From Hyalangium minutum (GTDB lineage Bacteria; Myxococcota; Myxococcia; Myxococcales; Myxococcaceae): a stretch of 64,000 nt of DNA. Positions 59,961 to 64,000 of this stretch are shown here, piece by piece. Location of the stretch: positions 124,001 through 188,000 of the forward strand of contig NZ_JMCB01000009.1 of NCBI RefSeq assembly GCF_000737315.1, written 5' to 3'. The notes beneath the pieces are model-generated. The model did not search any database and was not told where the DNA came from. It saw only the letters and a program-made list of their open reading frames with translations. Each line of letters opens with the position of its first letter. Position 1 is the first letter of the stretch. A program made the translations under genes and the position numbers.

Positions 59961-60262
59961 TGTCGCTTTCTCGGAGTCAGCGAGCCGTGCGGGTGGCCTG
60001 GATTTCCTGGGCCCAGCGGCGCCAGGCCGCACAGGCCGGCAGTCAGGCGATGCAGCTTCACGTATCCTCCAAGGCTGAATTCAGGCAGCGCATGATGCGC
60101 CCGCGGCGCTAGAGCAAGCCCAGTGCCACGGGTCCAAGCCCGTCCTCCCCCGCGGATATCCCGCCCTGGGCGTCCATCGGCACCGCCCGCCTTTCCCGGA
60201 GTTGGGACAGCGCGTCACGTCCGTGGGACGCCCAGCCGGTCCTCGACTAGGATGCGCGCCGA

Positions 60263-62611
60263 ATGGGTCTCCAAACGGGCGAACAGTTCGGCCGCTACGA
60301 GCTGGTCTCGCACCTCGGCCGAGGAGGCATGGCCGAGGTGTGGCGCGCCCGGCTGCTCGGCGAGGCGGGCGTCACCAAGCCCGTGCTCATCAAGAAGGTC
60401 CTCCCCGAGTACGCCAACGACGAGGCCTTCATCCGCATGTTCATCAGCGAGGCGCGCATCTCCGCCACGCTGTCCCACGGCAACATCGCCCAGGTCTATG
60501 ACTTCGGCCGCGTGGACGGGGACTACTTCCTGGCCATGGAGTACGTGGACGGCCAGCCGCTCCACCGCTTCTTCAAGCGCGCGATCCGCACGGGGCTGCC
60601 CAGCTTCCCCATCCCCATCGCCGTCTTCATCGCCACGGAGCTGTGCCGGGGGTTGCACTACGCCCACACGCGCCGGGACTCCAACGGCAAGCCCCTGGGG
60701 ATCGTCCACCGGGACATCTCGCCGGACAACGTCATCGTCAGCTACGAGGGCCAGGTCAAGATCGTCGACTTCGGCATCGCCAAGGCCCGGGAGCTGCGCG
60801 GCTTCAACACCGAGCCCGGCGTGGTGAAGGGCAAGTACCTGTTCTTCTCCCCTGAGCAGGCCCAGGGCCAGGAGGTCGATGCACGCTCGGACGTGTGGTC
60901 CACGGGCATCGTCCTCTATCAGTTGCTGTGCGGCCGGATGCCCGTGTCCGAGGAGACGCCGCACACGGCCATGATCAAGCTCGCCCAGGGAGAGTTCCCA
61001 CGGCCCTCGGCGCTCCGCCCCGATCTTCCCCCCGCGCTGGACGCCATCCTGATGAAGGCGCTCGCGGTGGACCGCGACCAGCGCTACGAGTCCAGCCATG
61101 CCTTCGGAGATGCGCTGACGGAGTTCCTCTACTCCACCACGCCTCGCTTCTCGGCCCTGTCCCTCTCGCACTTCATCCAGGAGGTGTTCCGCCAGGATCT
61201 GGTGGGCCTGGGGCACACGGTGCAGGTGCCGCGCTCGTTCCAGGATCAGCTCGCCCAGTGGAAGGGGGAGCTCACCACCGCGCCCATGACGGCCGTGGCG
61301 CTGCCAACGCCAGCCGCGCCTCCCTCGGCCATCCCCCCGGGGGCCAGCACCTCACCAGCTCGCACGGGGTTGTACGTGGGCGTGGGAATCGGCGCGGCGC
61401 TGCTGGGGGCTGCCGTCACCGCCCTGCTCTTCCTCCAGGGCTGGGAGCCAGCGCCTTCTTCGGATGCGCCTTCCGAGCCTCCCATCGCGAGCACCACGTC
61501 CGCTCCCGAGCCCAGCCCACAGCCTCCCGCTCCGGCGCCAGTCGAGACTGCGCCTCCGGCAGAGGCCCCAGAGGCTCCCACCGAGCGTGCGGAGCCCATT
61601 GAGCAGCCAGAGCCCGAGCCTTCCCACGCCCACGCCTCCGCCTCCTATCCCGTGGCGGCCATCCGGCTCGACGCCCGCCAGGACATCATCCCGCCTTCGA
61701 GCGAGGCGGTGGAGCTCACGCTGGACCCGAGCGGCACCTACCGTCTCTCCGAGCCCGAGCCGCCCCCGGACAGCCCGCCGCTGTTCCTCTGGCTCTCGGG
61801 CCCAGGGCTGCCCGCGAGGGACGGCGTGGGCGTGCTCTCGCAGCGGCCCCTGCAGCTCAAGGGCGTGTCCTCCTTCAAGGCCTTCGGGCTGAAGCCCCTG
61901 CCTCCTGGAGCGCAGGAGCGAGAGGTGCTGGTGGAGGACGTCCGGGCCAAGACGCGCAAGCGGGTCGTCATCTCTCCGAGCGCCACGGCCAGCACGGATC
62001 AGGCCTTCGAGCTCAAAAACCTGGATCCCAGCTCGTCGTACCTGCTGACGCTCGTGCCGCTCGATCCCGGCGCCTACACCCGTGGAGAACAGGGCGGCCT
62101 GCTGGACAAGCTCGCCTGCGTGAGGCTCTCGGACACGGAGGGCCCCACCCCGTCCTTCCGCGACCAGCAGTTCCTGCTCCGCGCTGGAACGAGCCTCCCG
62201 CTCTCGGGTGCCACCCGTCTGCTCTGCGGCGTCATCGATGACGATCCCTCCGACAACGCCGGCGAGCTTCAGATCGCAATCACCCGCACGAGCGGAGGCC
62301 CCGAGTGGACCAGCCCCTCGCCCTACACCCTGGTGATTCCCAGCAAGAGCGGTGAGATCAAGTCCTCCTTCGAGCAGGCCATGCGCTTCTTCCGGAACAA
62401 GCAGTACGACCGGGCCGCGATCTTCGCCGAGCGCTGCCTCTCGCTCGCTCCACGCGATGCGGATTGCCGTCTGCTCGCCGGCGCCATCTACGCCTCGCTC
62501 CCAGGCCAGCAGGACAAGGCGGCGCAGAACTACCGCCTCTTCATGGATCTGGCGCCGAACCATCCGCGCGTCTCACACGTCCAGCGGCACCTCGCGGACC
62601 TCGCGCCATAG
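60263..62611 (+). CDS. Ser/Thr protein kinase with TM segment and C-terminal TPR-like repeat
   Basis: LGRGGMAEV, HRDISPDN, DFGIAK, GK..F.SPEQ; TM GVGIGAALLGAAVTALLFL. Confidence 0.92.
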   Translation: MGLQTGEQFGRYELVSHLGRGGMAEVWRARLLGEAGVTKPVLIKKVLPEYANDEAFIRMFISEARISATLSHGNIAQVYDFGRVDGDYFLAMEYVDGQPLHRFFKRAIRTGLPSFPIPIAVFIATELCRGLHYAHTRRDSNGKPLGIVHRDISPDNVIVSYEGQVKIVDFGIAKARELRGFNTEPGVVKGKYLFFSPEQAQGQEVDARSDVWSTGIVLYQLLCGRMPVSEETPHTAMIKLAQGEFPRPSALRPDLPPALDAILMKALAVDRDQRYESSHAFGDALTEFLYSTTPRFSALSLSHFIQEVFRQDLVGLGHTVQVPRSFQDQLAQWKGELTTAPMTAVALPTPAAPPSAIPPGASTSPARTGLYVGVGIGAALLGAAVTALLFLQGWEPAPSSDAPSEPPIASTTSAPEPSPQPPAPAPVETAPPAEAPEAPTERAEPIEQPEPEPSHAHASASYPVAAIRLDARQDIIPPSSEAVELTLDPSGTYRLSEPEPPPDSPPLFLWLSGPGLPARDGVGVLSQRPLQLKGVSSFKAFGLKPLPPGAQEREVLVEDVRAKTRKRVVISPSATASTDQAFELKNLDPSSSYLLTLVPLDPGAYTRGEQGGLLDKLACVRLSDTEGPTPSFRDQQFLLRAGTSLPLSGATRLLCGVIDDDPSDNAGELQIAITRTSGGPEWTSPSPYTLVIPSKSGEIKSSFEQAMRFFRNKQYDRAAIFAERCLSLAPRDADCRLLAGAIYASLPGQQDKAAQNYRLFMDLAPNHPRVSHVQRHLADLAP

Positions 62612-62747
62612 TCCCGCGAGGCAGGCCAGGTCCAACTGTTCAGTGAATGACAGATGCGCGCATCGCGTCACGCGGGCCTGCGCCTGAGGGAGGCGGACAA
62701 GCGCCACGCCGTGTGCATAAGATTGAGACTCGCAGTGGGGGGAGAAC

Positions 62748-63230
62748 ATGACGCACGCGTTGGACATGACATGGGCTCGCCCACCAGTGGACCCCATGCC
62801 GCAGCATGCAGACTCAGAGGGTGGGTGCGCTTCTCGGAAGACGGTCTCGAGCCCGGTCCGACGCGGACGGATCCTCATCGTGGATGACGAGCCCCACTTC
62901 GGCCAAACGCTGCGCATGCTCCTGGGCCTCTCCCACGACGCCACCTATACGCCCAGTGCCCGCGAGGCCCTGCGCTGGCTCCAAGAGGGCCACCGCTACG
63001 ACGCCATCCTGAGCGATCTCATGATGGCCGAGATGCAGGGCGAGCAGTTCTCCAACGAGCTCACCTCGCGCGCGCCGGAGTTGGCCCGCCGCGTCATCTT
63101 CATGAGCGGGGGCGCCTATACCCCGGCCTCGCTGGAGTTCGTCTCGCGGATGGCCCACCCGCTGCTCATCAAGCCGTTCAAGCACACGGAGCTCGAGCAG
63201 CTGCTCCGGCCGCTCTTGCCGCCGGTTTAG
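62748..63230 (+). CDS. Single-domain response regulator
   Basis: ILIVDDE, AILSDLMM, FMSG, LIKPF. Confidence 0.88.
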   Translation: MTHALDMTWARPPVDPMPQHADSEGGCASRKTVSSPVRRGRILIVDDEPHFGQTLRMLLGLSHDATYTPSAREALRWLQEGHRYDAILSDLMMAEMQGEQFSNELTSRAPELARRVIFMSGGAYTPASLEFVSRMAHPLLIKPFKHTELEQLLRPLLPPV

Positions 63231-63357
63231 GACGGGAGAGCCTCACTCCACGACCCATGGGGCCATCACCCTGGTATAGGCAGGCCTGAAGTCCTCCGGC
63301 CAACCCCCGGCAAAGACCCCCATGATGGGCGCCTCTCAGCGCCAAGAAGGAAGACGG

Positions 63358-64000
63358 GTGAAGAAACGATCGGCTCCCCGGCCATCGGCGGCATCGGCCC
63401 AGCGAAGCAGGACGGAAGCCATGCTTTACCCGGAGCGTTTTCCGCTGGTGGGCATCGGCGCCTCGGCGGGCGGATTGCCCGCCTTCCTCTCCCTGCTCAA
63501 GCACCTGCCCACGCAGACGGGCATGGCCTTCGTGATCGTGCAGCACCTGGCCCCGGCCCGCGAGAGCATCCTCGCTGGATTGCTGGCCAAGGCCACGGCC
63601 ATGCCTGTCCTGGAGGCCACCGATGGCCTCGATCTCGAACCCAACCACGTCTACGTCAGTCCTCCGGGCGTGGGCATCACCTTCGCCCAGGGGGCCTTGC
63701 GCCTGAAGGCGCGCCGGGCTCCTGGGCAGCGCAGGCATCTCATCGATAACTTCCTGACCTCCCTGGCACAGGCCTCTCCGGGCCGGGCCATCGGCGTCAT
63801 CCTCTCTGGAACGGGCACGGATGGTACCCAGGGGCTCCAAGCCATCCACGCGGCGGGCGGCACCACCCTGGTCCAGGAGCCAGCCTCCGCCGACTTCGAT
63901 GGCATGCCCTGGAGCGCCATCGCCGCGGGCTGTGTGGATCACGTCCTGCCACCCGAGGGCATCGCGGAGGTCCTCGCCCAGCTCGCGAACGTCACGGCCC
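63358..64000 (+). CDS. cheB: CheB methylesterase domain protein, probably the start of a CheB/CheR fusion; truncated by window edge
   Basis: Not in the ORF track. Manual translation gives FPLVGIGASAGG, FVIVQHL, GVILSGTGTDG..G...I.AAGG.TLVQEP.SA.FDGMP.SA. Confidence 0.88.
   Translation, partial: MKKRSAPRPSAASAQRSRTEAMLYPERFPLVGIGASAGGLPAFLSLLKHLPTQTGMAFVIVQHLAPARESILAGLLAKATAMPVLEATDGLDLEPNHVYVSPPGVGITFAQGALRLKARRAPGQRRHLIDNFLTSLAQASPGRAIGVILSGTGTDGTQGLQAIHAAGGTTLVQEPASADFDGMPWSAIAAGCVDHVLPPEGIAEVLAQLANVTA

Overview
High-GC myxobacterial chromosome segment, most like Cystobacterineae/Archangiaceae (MYXO-CTERM protein, expanded Ser/Thr kinases and two-component systems). It holds about 46 CDSs and no tRNA, rRNA, CRISPR array or transposase that I can support. 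Core content: an atuR/atuABC-type acyclic-terpene cluster running off the left edge, a ~2300-aa S8 surface protease, OxyR-like regulator, AdhP, Nth, a sugar ABC transporter with PfkB kinase, a TyrA-chorismate mutase fusion, U32/RlhA, two histidine kinases, TonB, a GH63 glycosidase, adenylate cyclase, DacB, prolyl oligopeptidase and a partial CheB. Most interesting: (1) an AT-richer island with a PAAR-like (DUF4150) toxin whose tip has a deaminase-like fold with CAAxK instead of CAE, plus a SUKH immunity gene and an HNH nuclease; (2) a Ser/Thr kinase bracketed by a six-unit ~55-bp two-hairpin tandem array upstream and a 23-bp perfect inverted repeat downstream, sitting between rlhA and tyrA-CM, two prephenate-linked genes; (3) a second AT-richer island with a WD40 gene coupled to a Tat-exported bacteriocin-like precursor; (4) a PhnD-PAS histidine kinase with an HQ H-box, predicted to be kinase-impaired; (5) a tonB leader with non-nested complementary blocks that can occlude the RBS. 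All family assignments come from motif recognition and memory, not from database searches.
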